Shown here: in pieces, positions 22,844 through 35,300 of the stretch
Numbering within the stretch: the first letter of the stretch is position 1
How the letters are laid out: the number at the start of each line of letters is the position of its first letter
From: Salisapilia sapeloensis CBS 127946
Taxonomy: Eukaryota > Protista > Oomycota
Length of the DNA stretch: 57,856 bases
Assembly (NCBI GenBank): GCA_023334545.1
Contig: JAADVB010000109.1
Span: 1-57,856 of the forward strand
Reading direction: 5' to 3'
The notes under the pieces: generated by a model
Told to the model about the DNA's origin: nothing
Database searches by the model: none
The model's input: only the letters and a program-made list of their open reading frames with translations
Made by a program: the position numbers and the translations under genes

Positions 22844-25800
22844 ATGGCGGAGCAGGAAGCCGAGCATGTCCGTATGATGGACGCTGGGCGGCTCATATCC
22901 ACCCCGGAGAAACCTCTGAATAGTCTCAAGTCATTTGTAGACCGAGGTGGTACGCGCAAGTATAAAACACAGGCGCATGGCAATCAATATGGCTTTCGAT
23001 TCCTATCGACCAAAGATGGTAAGAGCTTTTGTATGTACAATGACGATTCAATGTGTGTATGAACGCGATGTACTTGACTAGGCTTTGTCATGGTGACGAA
23101 TGACCAGGTGGAAAAGGCGAGTGCAGCTTACGTCGAGCGTAAGAAGGATGCGATCGATCGAAACCAGACTGGGCCTGTCAGTAACGAGGAGCTGGCGATC
23201 CACCACTATGTCAGTTTACCTTACCCTCCTCATATTCTCTCTTTATCACCGGATGAGCTCTGTCTTGCCGTCGGATACGCTGATGGCATCGACATGTATG
23301 AAGTCGAATCGATCTATTCGATGGATGAACCTCCTCTATTGCAATCGTTTTCGGGTTTAGACTCGGAAGAGATGATATGGCACGAATCATCTGACAAGCT
23401 GCTTGTCCTCACGGCAGACCACAACGTCGTGGAAGTCAAACCTGATGGAAGTAAAGCTCGCGTGTCCCAAGTGGAGGGAAAAGCTTCTTCTATCTGCTAT
23501 TCGCCATCAGGAAAGCAAGTAGCTGTAGGAACGACAGAGGCGACAGTCGTCATCCTAGATGCAACGTCCTACATGAAGGATCGTCAGCTGGACAAGCCTG
23601 AAGCATGTGAAGAAGAGGACTTTGAGGCCCACCACGTCCACTGGGCAGAAGATGACCTCTTCTTCGTCGGGTACAGACGCTACGACTCGGAAGAACGAGA
23701 GATCTCAGCTCTCTGTTGTGTGTTCGATAACTCTGAGTGCATTGATTTGGATGAACTCGTGGCGTTTGATGCGTATACGGAGACCCAGAGTCACTCGTTT
23801 TACACTGTCTTTTTACCCGACTGGCGCATGTTCTTCGTTGGGTGCTCTTTAAGTGCCGATTTGGAGCTATTGGTACATGATCCAGAGAGTGAAGAATGGC
23901 AGAACTGGAAGTCGTCAGAAAAGTACCAAGCGCGTCTACCGATGAACGGAGAGGACGATGAAAGCTACCCCATGTCACTCGATCTAGACCTTACTTCGCA
24001 GCAGGAAGTAGATGTCGATGACACGATGTATCCACCAGGTCCTGTCCTATCGACACTAACGACAGAAGGCATGGTCGTCCAGTTCGTCTTTATCGATACG
24101 AGTGTATCGGATGCACTGGACTTTATCCAAGCACCAGAAGCGTTTAAACCTTTCATCCAGTCGACGGAAGAACCTGACAAGACCAGTGGTGCGAAGATGA
24201 TTGCGAATGATGTGGAGAACGTGTATGCCGATGAAAGTTCTGGTGACGAGGATGATGAAAAGGAGCGTGAGGAAGAGCGTGAGAAAGCGAGAAAAGCATT
24301 TGATATAGCTAATCTTTATCGAAGTGATAAAGTGATGAAAGAGAGATTTTCAGAGCTACTCGAAGCAATGGGTTCGATAGTGACGAGAAATTGTTGTGCC
24401 AAGTACGCGAATCGTATTTCGAATGAAGATGGAGATATCGAGAAAGAGGCTTTCGTCCAGTGGTACGTATCATGGGTCTTTGATACTGGGTCGGAATCGG
24501 AGGATGAGGAAGAAAAGGAGGAATCGAAGCCTTTGACTCCTGGTGAAAATCCGTTGGATAAGTTTAAAGCACCGGAAGGATCATGGACATGTAATGTCTG
24601 TCGTGTGATTAATCCAGATCCAAAGGCGAAGAAGTGTCTGTCATGTGCTCAGAGTAATCCAGACGCACCGGCGGAAGAGAAAGAGGAGGCGTCTGCTTCG
24701 TCGTTTGGCTTTGGCATCCAATCGGATGAAAAACCAAGCTTCTCCTTTGGTGTATCGGATGGCACGTCGGTAGAGCAGGAGAATCCAGCCATGACAGGAG
24801 GTTTCTCCTTTGTTGTACCGCCACGAGTGGAGGAAACAAAGGATGAAAGTCCTGCAGAGGAACTTTTGGAGGGCGATACGGAGACTCGTACGACAGGTTT
24901 CTCCTTTGGTGTGTCGAGTATGGAAGAGGAAGAAGAGGAAAAGAGCTCGAACGAGGAGTCTAAGACAGAGGCTCCAGCGAAGGAATTGAAAGAGCTAGCG
25001 TACGGACAGGACGACGAGAATGAGTTTGCGGATTCGGATGGAGACGATAGTGATGGAGAAGAGGAACGTCGTGAGGAAGAAGAGAAGGCTCATGCTGCGT
25101 TCAAGGAGGTTGCAGACGGTCGAGAAGGTCTTTCGAACGATGACTTTGCTCCGTTATTGAAAAAGATGGGTGCGACGTATGATCCGGCGGACCATGGTCG
25201 AAAACTTGCGAAATTGGAAAAGGATGGAAAGCTATTGGAAGAAGACTTCGTTCAGTGGTACCTAGACTGGATGTTTGCCGAGGAGTCTGAAAGCGAAGAC
25301 GATGAGGAAGAAACTGTCTCTGCGCCAATGAAGACAGCAGAAGAGCGTGCAGAAGCCATGAAGAAGTTTATGCCCACGGAAGGCTCCTGGATGTGTGAAA
25401 CCTGTCGTGTACGTTGCTCAGATCCGAGTGCAGCCGAATGTCCTTCGTGTGGAACATCCAACCCTAATATACAAGAGAAGGAATTGAAAGAACTGGCGTA
25501 CGGACAGGATGATGAGAACACATTTGCCGAGTCGGATGGAGAGGAAAGTGATGAAGAAGAGGAGCGTCGAGAGGAAGAAGAGAAAGCTCGTGCTGCTTTT
25601 AAAGAGATTGCAAGCAATTCGGAAGGTCTCTTGCCTGCTGACTTTGCTCCATTGCTAAAGAAGTTAGGTGCAACGTACGATCCTGAATATCACGGGAAGA
25701 AGCTACGTACGTTGGAAAAGGATGGACAAGTGTTGGAAGAAGATTTCGTGGAATGGTACTTAGACTGGATGTTTGGTGAAGGGTCTGATAGTGAAGAGGA

Positions 25801-28800
25801 AGAAGAAGAGGTTGCTTCTACACCGATGAAGACAGCAGAAGAACGAGCGGAAGCCATGAAGAAGTTTATGCCAACGGAAGGCTCTTGGGTGTGTGAAACC
25901 TGTCGTGTACGTTGCTCAGATCCAGATGCAGCCGAGTGTCCTTCCTGTAAAGCTTCTAATCCGAATGCACCAAAAAAAGAGGAAGAAGAGGAAGAGGAAG
26001 AGAAGAAAGAGGAGCCGGCTAATGGCCCTACAGGCTTCTCCTTTGGATTTGAGACGCCTGTGAATGCAAATGGCTTCTCCTTTGGATCCGAGACACCGGT
26101 GGAGACGAGTGAGATGTCCTTTGGATCTGGTCAACCGATCTCGTCCACGAGCTTTGGTGGAGGTCAGTCGACTGGCTTTTCGTTCCCATCGTCTGCTTCG
26201 AATGGTGGCTTTAGCTTCGGATTCCCAGCGAAGAAGGATGAGAAGTCTACTAATTTGACTGGAGGATTTAGCTTTGGAGCACCTGCAACCGAGTCTAAAG
26301 CGGAAGAAAAATCGTCCACGGTAGACAAGTCGCCGTTTGGAGTGGGATCAGCAGCGACGTTTGGAGGCTTTAACTTTGGTGGAAGTAGTGAAGAGAAGAA
26401 GGATGTAGAGGAAAAGCCCAAGAAAAGTAGTAGTGGTTACCCGCCTAATACGTCTCAGATGAAAGCTCCACCTGCAGCGCCGGGTGCCAAGTCGAGCACG
26501 GGCAGCTCTTATCCTCCGGACACGTCTTCCTTTAAGGCTCCACCGGCGGCCCCAGGTGCGAAACCGAGCGGAGGGAGCTCTTATCCTCCAGATACTACGT
26601 CTATGAAGGCTCCCCCTGCAGCGCCAGGCGCTAAACCAAGTACCGGAAGCTCGTATCCGCCAGACACATCGTCATTTAAGGCTCCGCCTGCAGCACCAGG
26701 CGCCAAACCTAGTGGCGGAAGCTTCTACCCTCCGAATACTTCGTCATTTAAGGCGCCACCTGCTGCCCCGGGCGCTAAGCCATCCGGTGGTAGCTCTTAT
26801 CCGCCCGATACGTCGTCCTTCAAGGCGCCACCGGCGGCTCCAGGTGCGAAACCGAGTGGAAGCAGCTCCTTTACTACGGACACGTCAAAGTCCAGTGCTC
26901 GACCATCCCTACCACAGCCTCAGTTCTCTTCTAGGACGAGCACTTCAAGCTCTTCGTTTGGCAGTTCATTCGGCCTCAGCAGCATCAACAGCTCTCTACC
27001 GAAAGCAGAGGAGAAGACAAGTACAAGCAGTTGGAACAAACCTTCTTTCTCCACGCAATCAAGTAAAGAGAAGTCAACTCCTTCAACCGATGAAGAACGA
27101 GCTATTTGGAGACTCATCAACGAGTTCAACGTAGCTGTGAAACGCGTAAACGATCGAGCATCCAATCTATCTATCTCATCTACATCTACATCGGAAGAAG
27201 AGAAGAAGGAGCTTCGAACGACCATGTCAACACTTCATCAAGAAGCTTCTTCCCTCCAAGATCTACGCGATCGTCTTGAAAAAGACGTCATGTACTTAAT
27301 CGGTAGCGATGGAGACATTCACGAACAATTGGAGTTTGCAAAAGAGATTCTCGTGAGCTTTGATGATGAGCGTATTAAGCAGTCGCTTGAAGACCAGCCG
27401 CTTGATAGTCGATCCGATCGGACGCGACAGGAACTACAGAGTCGATTGTCGGAAGTGGAGAAACGCACGCAGGAGCTTCGAACGCACTTTAGTATGGAAA
27501 AAGATGGACAAGGACGTCCGAGTGTTCCGAGTGTCCTTCGTTTGCTAAAGAAGACGTACGAAGATGCGAAGAGTAAGTATAATGGCGTCTGTGATCTAAT
27601 GACGCAGATGGACAAGTTGGATGTGAGTGGACTGAAAGAAGAAGTGTCGCTTGTCCCGATGGAAGATGTTGATATGAAACAGCTCGTGCGGGAGGAACAG
27701 GAGCGCCGATCGGATGTACGCAGTCGATTCTTGTCGCTTTCGAAGCAGCAAGTGCAAGTGCGATCGCTCGTGAAGAAGAAGGAGGAGGAGGAGGAGAAGA
27801 GTGTCAAGTCGACGAGTAAGCTGATGCCGCAGACGCAAAAGACCGTGGCGTCTCCGATGGCCAAGCAGACACCTCCTGTCACTCCATCGTGGTCGTCTGC
27901 GATTCCGCCAAAGGAGACGACTACGAAATTAAGTGCGATGCAGAAGAGTATGCAGGAGAAGAAGCCGACGTTTATGCAGATGCCGGAGAAACCCGAGGCT
28001 GGGAAGGCGGTGGAGAGACCGAGTATTAACGAGTCACAAGTAGAGAAGGAGGAGAAAACGGATTATAAGACGTTGTTGGAGAAATTCTACAAGGTACACA
28101 ACCCAGAAAAGGTTGACAAGGTCTGGAAACCACTGCAAGATTATGCTGGTAAGGAAGAGACGCTTGTGCGGAATGTCTTTAAAAAGTATTTGCCGGATGC
28201 GAGTGAAGATGACTTGAACAAATTCTTGGAGCAAGGTATTGTGCCGCCAAAGGTCGAGAAGAAGTCGACTGTTAGAGCATTATTCGGATCGTCGGACAAG
28301 AACGACAGTAATGAGTCCAAGGAGACGACGTCCTTTGGAGGAAAGAGTGAGTCGACGACATCGTTTGGAGCCAAGAAGAATGAATCGACATCGTTTGGAG
28401 AGAAGAAGGAGGAAACGTCTTCATTTGGATCCTCTAATAAGGATCAGTCGACTGCATTCGGATCTACCAAGAAGGAGCAGTCAACTGCGTTTGGATCTAC
28501 TAGTAAAGACCAGTCGAATCCATTTGGATCAAGTACGACACAGTCTACTTCGACAAACCAATCTACTACGTTTGGATCCTCACCATTCGGATCAACTGCA
28601 TCCACATCCACTGGGTTTGGTAATACCCAGAACTCTGCGTCTACTGGCTTTGGGAATGCACAAAACTCTAGTTCTCAAACGGATTATCGACAGAAGCTAG
28701 TCGAGTTTTACCAAAAGCATAACCCGGATAAAGTTAAAGACGTAGATACGACGTTGGAAAAGTACAAGGGACAAGAAGATCGTCTATTTGCGATGCTTGA

Positions 28801-29773
28801 GAAAAAGTATGTGCAAAAGGCATCGACACCTCAGGCGACGAGCAGTCCGTTCGGCCAATCATCCGGATTTAATACGCCATCTACTCCTTCCACTACGTTT
28901 GGCAATGCGTCTGCTTCTCCATTCGGAAAACCAGCACAAGCACCATCGACGCCGTCTGCCTCTCCGTTTGGCAACCCGACAGCATCCTCAAATGCATCTG
29001 CTTCTCCGTTTGGTGCCAAACCATCACCGGCGCCATCGACTCCATCTGCATCTCCATTTGGTAAACCAGCGTTTGGAGGGAATGCCGCACCATCGACGCC
29101 GTTCGGTAGCTCTATGACAGCGAATCAACAACCTGCGTTTGGTGCCAGTAGCTCGTTGTCATCGAACCAACAGCCGGCGTTTGGTAGCTCCATGACGTCT
29201 GCTCAGCAGCCTGCATTTGGTAGTGCGAGTGGGTTTGGCAACAATCAAGCGTTTGGTGGTCAGACTGACTATCGGCAGAAGCTGATTGAGTTCTACCAGA
29301 AGCATAATCCCGACAAGGTCAAGGATGTCGATACGACGTTGCAAAAGTATAAGGGACAAGAACAACGGTTGTTTGCCATGCTCGAAAAGAAGTATGTGCA
29401 AGGGAATAACGCGACTGCATTCGGCGGAGGAAGCACTGCCTTTGGATCAGCTTCGCAGCTCGGAGGCAGTGGCGGAAGTGGATTCGGATTCAACAATGGA
29501 AACAACGCCCAGTCTGGATTCGGCGCGCCATCACAACTTGGTAACTCTGGCTTTGGAGCGGCTGGAGGCTTCGGATCTACCGGCGGATCTGGATTCAGTA
29601 CGTTCAGCAGCCAAGGCTCTGGCTTTGGTGGCTTTGGCAATGCTTCGACGAACTCTTCTGGATTTGGAGGAAATGCGTCGAATACTTCGTCTGGCTTTGG
29701 AGGTGGAGTTCCATCGACGACGTTTGGCCAGAGCTCTGGCTTTTCAGGATCGAGCTTTACTCAGATGAGATAG
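22844..29773 (+). CDS. Large Nup159/Nup214-like FG nucleoporin (about 2290 aa); intron 23019-23081
   Basis: N-terminal beta-propeller (NQYGFRFL..GFVMV; STLTTEGMVVQF), FSFG/FG repeats, central coiled coil and C-terminal FG-rich tail. The ORF at 22844 is joined through a 63-nt GT-AG intron. Confidence 0.8.
24980..25975 (+). repeat. Direct 498-bp (166-codon) internal duplication encoding acidic linker + EF-hand-like + RanBP2 zinc-finger module; a more diverged third copy lies at about 24270-24660
   Basis: AAGGAATTGAAAGA..GCGTACGGACAGGA recurs at 24980 and 25478. The zinc-finger Trp codons are at 25388 and 25886. Confidence 0.92.
26435..26866 (+). repeat. Six tandem 72-bp (24-aa) coding repeats SYPPDTSSFKAPPAAPGAKPSGGS
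   Basis: Tyr codons at 26438, 26510, 26582 etc. Peptide conserved, synonymous positions diverged. Confidence 0.95.
28061..29398 (+). repeat. Three dispersed copies of a ~44-aa helical motif DYRQKLVEFYQKHNPDKVKDVDTTLEKYKGQEDRLFAMLEKKY
   Basis: Copies start at about 28061, 28682 and 29267, embedded in FG repeats. Confidence 0.9.
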
Positions 29774-30149
29774 AGGCCGATGACAGTAGCTATCTCAGTT
29801 GGTTGTAGGATCGATGTCATCCAATCATTTTTCATCTCGTTCGATCTTTGTCGTTTTTCATTTTAGAATCGGACGTATACGACGTAGTAGTAGTAGTGTA
29901 TACTTCGCAGTCCTATTTGCGACAGACTTGCTGGCTAGTACTCGTGCCGCCAGGTCTTACAAAGGGCTGCAAAAGAGATTGTTCATACAAGCAGTCGCAC
30001 GGCCGTTGAGTTTGTGAGCTCATTGGGACTTTTACGTCGAGATCACAGAATTAGGCGGTGCAACATTTCTTTTCTTAGGTACAGGATCAAGTAGATGAGT
30101 CGAGAGTGTAGGTTGGAACAGTATACGATAAAAAAGAACGAAAATGCAA

Positions 30150-30725
30150 TTAAGCTTCTTCACACCACTTGTTCTCTTCTCGAATCTGGTTCTCTTCTTC
30201 CGGGGTAAAGTCGTTGACGATGTTGAACGTGTCGCGGATCTCCTGCGGAGTCTTCCCCTTGATCATACTCGCCACTTTGGCGCAGGACAAATCCAAGAGA
30301 GACTTGATGTCCATGTAATTCGCCGCGAGAATCAGCTCAAACAGCATGTCCTGTTCAATGTCGACGAACGACGCGTCCCAGTCGGACACGACGTCGTGCA
30401 TGTCCGAGCTCTTCAGCGGCTTCTCAATCTCTTTCATCGGCTCCGACTTGTGCTTGTCGCAGAACTCAATGACTTTACGCAGCACCGTGCTCTTGACATT
30501 CGGCAGCGGAATCTCCTGCACTTCATCCTCATCGGGCTCGTCTATCATATCATTGTGAGCAAATTAAGGAAGATGGGTACGAACTCGAGGGGTGCCACGA
30601 GTACCTGCAAGAAGGGTCTTGACGAGCTCGCTCAAGGCAGCAACATCTCTCGTGACCTCGAATCGGTCTCCATCCATCGAAACAAGGCACACCTTGCGGG
30701 TATCTTCCGGAGTAGCTTCGGCCAT
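30150..30725 (-). CDS. SKP1: SKP1 (SCF adaptor); intron 30604-30542
   Basis: [73 protein letters not shown]. Confidence 0.98.
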
Positions 30726-30887
30726 GGTATATATCCTTCCTTTCCCACTTCTCTGGTCGGCGCTTGTTCGACTTATGGGGACATGGTCATACAAACATTC
30801 AATGAGTCATTATACTTTATGTGAGTATAGGAATCATGCGATGCCACGTACTTCTGGCTGGTCGAAAGAAAAGAAAAAGAAAGTCGG

Positions 30888-32281
30888 ATGGGCGACTTGA
30901 GTCCGGCATTCGGTTTGGGACTACCTGCTCACGCTGCGGCCGTGACGATCCTACCACCTCCAGACGTACAGAATGCTACAGACGGACTAGGCAGAGTGCA
31001 GACTACGGAAGAACTAGGCAAACACTTCCACCATGCTAAGGATGTGGTCAATCGAGCTGACACAGCGTTGGAACAATGGCGCCGTGCTTGCTTTGCCCAA
31101 CGTAATGTAGAGCATAGCATGTACTCTCCTGATGTACTAGCATACGTACCGACTACAGTGGCTCACCCTGAACAACTGGAGACGTACACACCTCAACGAG
31201 CGCTTCAGCGCATTCGTAGTCATCGTCGGCGTCAAAAACTCTATTATGCACATGCAGGAGCGACGGATGCATCGGACAAGGGAGGTTCGAAACGACGCTC
31301 TAGTTCCCTCTCGTTAGCACTATCTACCTTTGAAATGGAGGACGAAGATATAGAGAAAATGCCAGAAGCTGTGCGTGCGAGGGTATGGCCACCAGAGGAT
31401 CTAACGAGCAAATCGCTGCAGCAGAAGGGAGTACGCAATCGAGGCGTATATAATACTTCGATCTCGGGCCGGAAGAAGGCTGGACCAGTCTTTGTCGACG
31501 ATCGATTCCCTCTACAGGCTAAGAAGTGTCATAAATGTGGCACCCAGTCGTCTGCTTTATGGCGTCAACGTGCCTTGAAGCCTACGAAGACGAAGACGGA
31601 GGATACGAAGCCACCACTGAATGAAGTCATGGCGGACTATTGTCTGAAGTGCTACTTGACACTCGAACGCACCGACTTGTTCGCGAAGAAGAAGAAGGAT
31701 TTAGCCAAGCGGAAACGACAGACTCGAGATCGAGCCTATCGTGAACGGAAGAAGCAACAGGTGAAGCAAGAGACAGTGGAAGCTCCTGTGGGGCCGCCTG
31801 CAGAGCCAGAAGGCGACCTGGTCATTCGATTCAAGCGACCAGAGGCTTCGGATAGTAAAAAGGAGAAGAAGAAGAAAAAGAAGAAACACAAGAAGAAGCA
31901 TAAGAGGCGAGAGGAGGAAGCTTTAAAGGAAGAATTTTCCGACGTCGGACGGAAACGAGCAGCATCCTTATCATCGTCTCCATCGTCAAAAAAGCGCAAG
32001 GTCGACAGTTCGAGGGACAGGGAGCTACGACAATTGGGCCAGTACTGCCCTGTGTGTGACATGACGTACGAAGCAGACGATCAGAGCAGCTTTGTCTGCT
32101 GTGATGCGTGTGAACTATGGGTGCATTCGACTTGTGATCTATCTCTCACGCCGTACGTTGATTATCTAAGAAAAGTATACTGTCTATTTATTATCATGGC
32201 AATAGAGAACGCATCGCGGAGCTCAGTACGACGGACCAAAAGTATATTTGCCCCGCTTGCTCCAACGCCGCAACGCTTTAA
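30888..32281 (+). CDS. Nuclear protein with atypical GATA-like zinc finger, Lys-rich region and PHD finger; intron 32153-32205
   Basis: CHKC..SALWR..CLKC; CPVC..Y..VCCDACELWVHSTC..YICPAC, completed by splicing. Confidence 0.78.
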
Positions 32282-32306
32282 CTCGAAATACACTTGTCTT
32301 TGCATG

Positions 32307-35300
32307 CTAACACTTGCTTGTCGCTGCTGCTTGTTGCATCTTGACAGCCATAGCGCGTGCGCTTTCTGCCTTGGCTGTCTCTCGTTCCTGTCGTAGCTTC
32401 CTTCTTACATCCACCGGCATGGCTGGCACCACGGTTGCCATCCACACTTTTAGTCCTAGTAGGAGGTGCTCTACGGCAAAGACGATCCACACCTTGACGG
32501 CGACGGGGGTGTTTGCAGGCAGTAGCTCCTCGGCTTGTGTTGTTGTGAAAGCGATGTGGAGGCAGTTTGTAAGGACTGCTAGGACGCTCATGGCTTCTAG
32601 CACTCGTGCCCAGACGCCTATGCCACTCGCACGACGAGCAATGGGTCTCTGTCTAGTGTGGCATAGCTTAAAGGCATCCGTACGGAGCTCCACGACGTTA
32701 TTGATGAAAGCTAGGAGGGGAGCGAGTGGGAAAGCAAGAGAGAAGAACGTAACGTAGCCGAATTGAATCATCATCTCTGTAAAGTCTTCAAACGTGTCAT
32801 AGCTTTGAAGCTGTGCTTCTTCCCACGCTGTGTCCGAAGCTTGCTCTAAACGAACGCACTGCTCCTGGATTACAGCGTGCTGGAATCGAACGTCAGTTGA
32901 GCGTTGACTGCATCGAGATAGCTCAGCATTTCCTCTTCTGGAGCGAATCGAATGGGACGGATTGAACACAGGAGATCGATGGAACTGTTTGTTCGTCTCG
33001 TCCTTCTTCTTTTCTCGCTGTAGCTGTCGTCGAATGAAAGGAAACAGCGTTACCATGATGTTTTTCCAAATTTGACCAGCAATCATGAATGACGCGAGTT
33101 GAATAGCAAGTCGTAGCAGTCGACTTTCGTCCGATACCTCATTTGCCTTCGTACCGGCGACGTCGGCGACTTTGCTATTGGGTGTTGCGAAAGCGTAGTA
33201 GTAGAGCGAGGCAAAGACATGGACGAAGCGAAAGGAGAAGTCTTTCAGGATCAGATGACTGCGATACATGGACTCGGTTCGGTGGTTCTCCCAATTCGTC
33301 AGCATCCGAGCGAAACGAGTGAAGAGATAATCAAAGAGAGGAATAAGGAGTCCGTAGAGCATTGGTGTAATGAGGAAGTAGAACCAGAAACTTGACGACA
33401 GTGGTAACTGCGATAATCGCTTCAAATTCTCCAATGTCAGGCCTTGGCTAAAGGTTGATGATTTGGTACGGTCTGCTTCTTCCGTCGACGCATGCAGACT
33501 CGCATCCTGCAGGCGGTCTCTTGTAGCAAAAGCAGCAAGAGCGATGAGCATGACTACCACTACGCTGATGAGTACACATGGAAATGTCACGAGGTACTTG
33601 AGATATCTTTTCCATTGTGGATAGTGTTTCTCTCCACCATGGCCAGGTACTGGGGTTCCGTAAAACTCAGGCCGGGTGATCTCTTCATCTTCATAGCCCA
33701 ATGTACCCCACCTGAATGCTAAAGCTGCTGCTCTTCGCTTCCAGGCAATTTGGAAGGCAGATGTCCAAAGCGCCATGAAGATTGCATATAAAGGAGCGAT
33801 GGGGTGGTCTAGACTCCAGGATCGTACCTGGTACACAAAGAGCAAGATCCCTACTGCGCTTGGTGCTATAAGCCATCGAGTGTACATTTCCATCCAGGCA
33901 AAGTAAAAGGCGACTTTTTCGCCATAGTACTGTGCTACTTCATCAATTGGTTGGTACAAAACGTGGCGGATGAGCCGCTCTGGCCAGATATTACAACACA
34001 GCTTTGGTGGTTTATTGCTGTGCGTTGGAGATATGGGGTCTTTTATCTCGGATTGAAAATCAAATGGAGATTTCCAGTATGTTACCCAGTTCCTGCGTAG
34101 CACCTCAAGGTTATGCTTGTGCAGTGGAAACATTTGCACGACATACTTGCTTTTAAGCGAGCTAAAGTCATTCAAACCAGCTCCGCCATTGTCTGATGTC
34201 AGCAGCATGTGCACAATACTTTGCTTTTCACTGTCAATGAAATGCACCTCGTCACGAATGGCGTCATAATCGGCGAAAGTAGCACGCAGTTCGCAGGAAA
34301 ACTCCATCCAGCTCTGGTCATGCTGTCTTCGCTTCCTCATGCGCATTCGTTCTGCGCCTAACTCTAAAATATGCTGAGGAGCGCGTACTTTAAGCAGGCT
34401 TTGTTTGCCATCAAGAGATAGCAAACGCTTTACTTGTAACCCAGTCTTCTTAATCTGATCTACAATGGATTTACGAGCATTCGTTTTTGTCTTCTTACTC
34501 CGGTTCAAGGCTGAGGTTGCTACGAGTGACATGCGCTTCGTGGGACTTGGCTTCTTGGAGCTACTATCTCTCCGCGTTGGGCTATGATTCCCAGGCATCT
34601 CCAGATGCTCTTCATACTTTGAAGGTTTCAACAAAATAGCGAAATCAAATTCACCATCCTCGGATGTTGTTATGGGAGCCTCGATAGCATCGTCGGCTTC
34701 CGTTCTCCTACGTCGAAGCTCATCCTTTTTATCCGGAGCATTCAAGCCGGCATCTTCCAATTGATTACTCTGCTCCTGAGCTTCATTCGTATGCGCTTTA
34801 TCGGCGCATTGAAAGTGTTCAGGACTGTCAACCTTTGGGCGTTCACTGAAGACCTTCTCGCGTACCTCTAGCTGTAACTGAGATCGACGTCGCTGAAGTC
34901 GATTATCACGTCGTGACGCTGGTGGTAGCGGACGCGGGAATGGTGAGTTGACATCGATCGTATCAAGATTGTCTTGATGTGCAGTCTGAAGACGAGCTTT
35001 GCCTTTATCTTTGTCAAATTGCGACTGAACTGCTGCACGTATTTGTTTGTTCTTACTCTGATCCAATGTTGCGTGCCTGATAGCTCGTGGTGGCTTTTCA
35101 ATTGTACCAGCACTCTTCGTTCGTTCCACATTCATCCATTCATCTCGACCTGCTGGATGATGATCACCTGACCGTAAAAGAGCCTTCCCAGACTTCTGAC
35201 GGTACCTCGATGCAGATGTCGTAGAGCTCGATCGATGTGGAGTATCGATAGAATTTCGCTTCGATGTAATTGGTGCTTGTCCACCAAGTATCTCGTCCAA

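Noticed and set aside
26435-26866. CRISPR-like regular repeat
   Set aside because: Contiguous in-frame coding repeats with no unique spacers, in a eukaryotic gene.
30144-30824. Antisense ORF over SKP1 (likewise 50387-50938 over ribH and 40747-41574 over the DUF3712 gene)
   Set aside because: Shadow ORFs of codon-biased genes.
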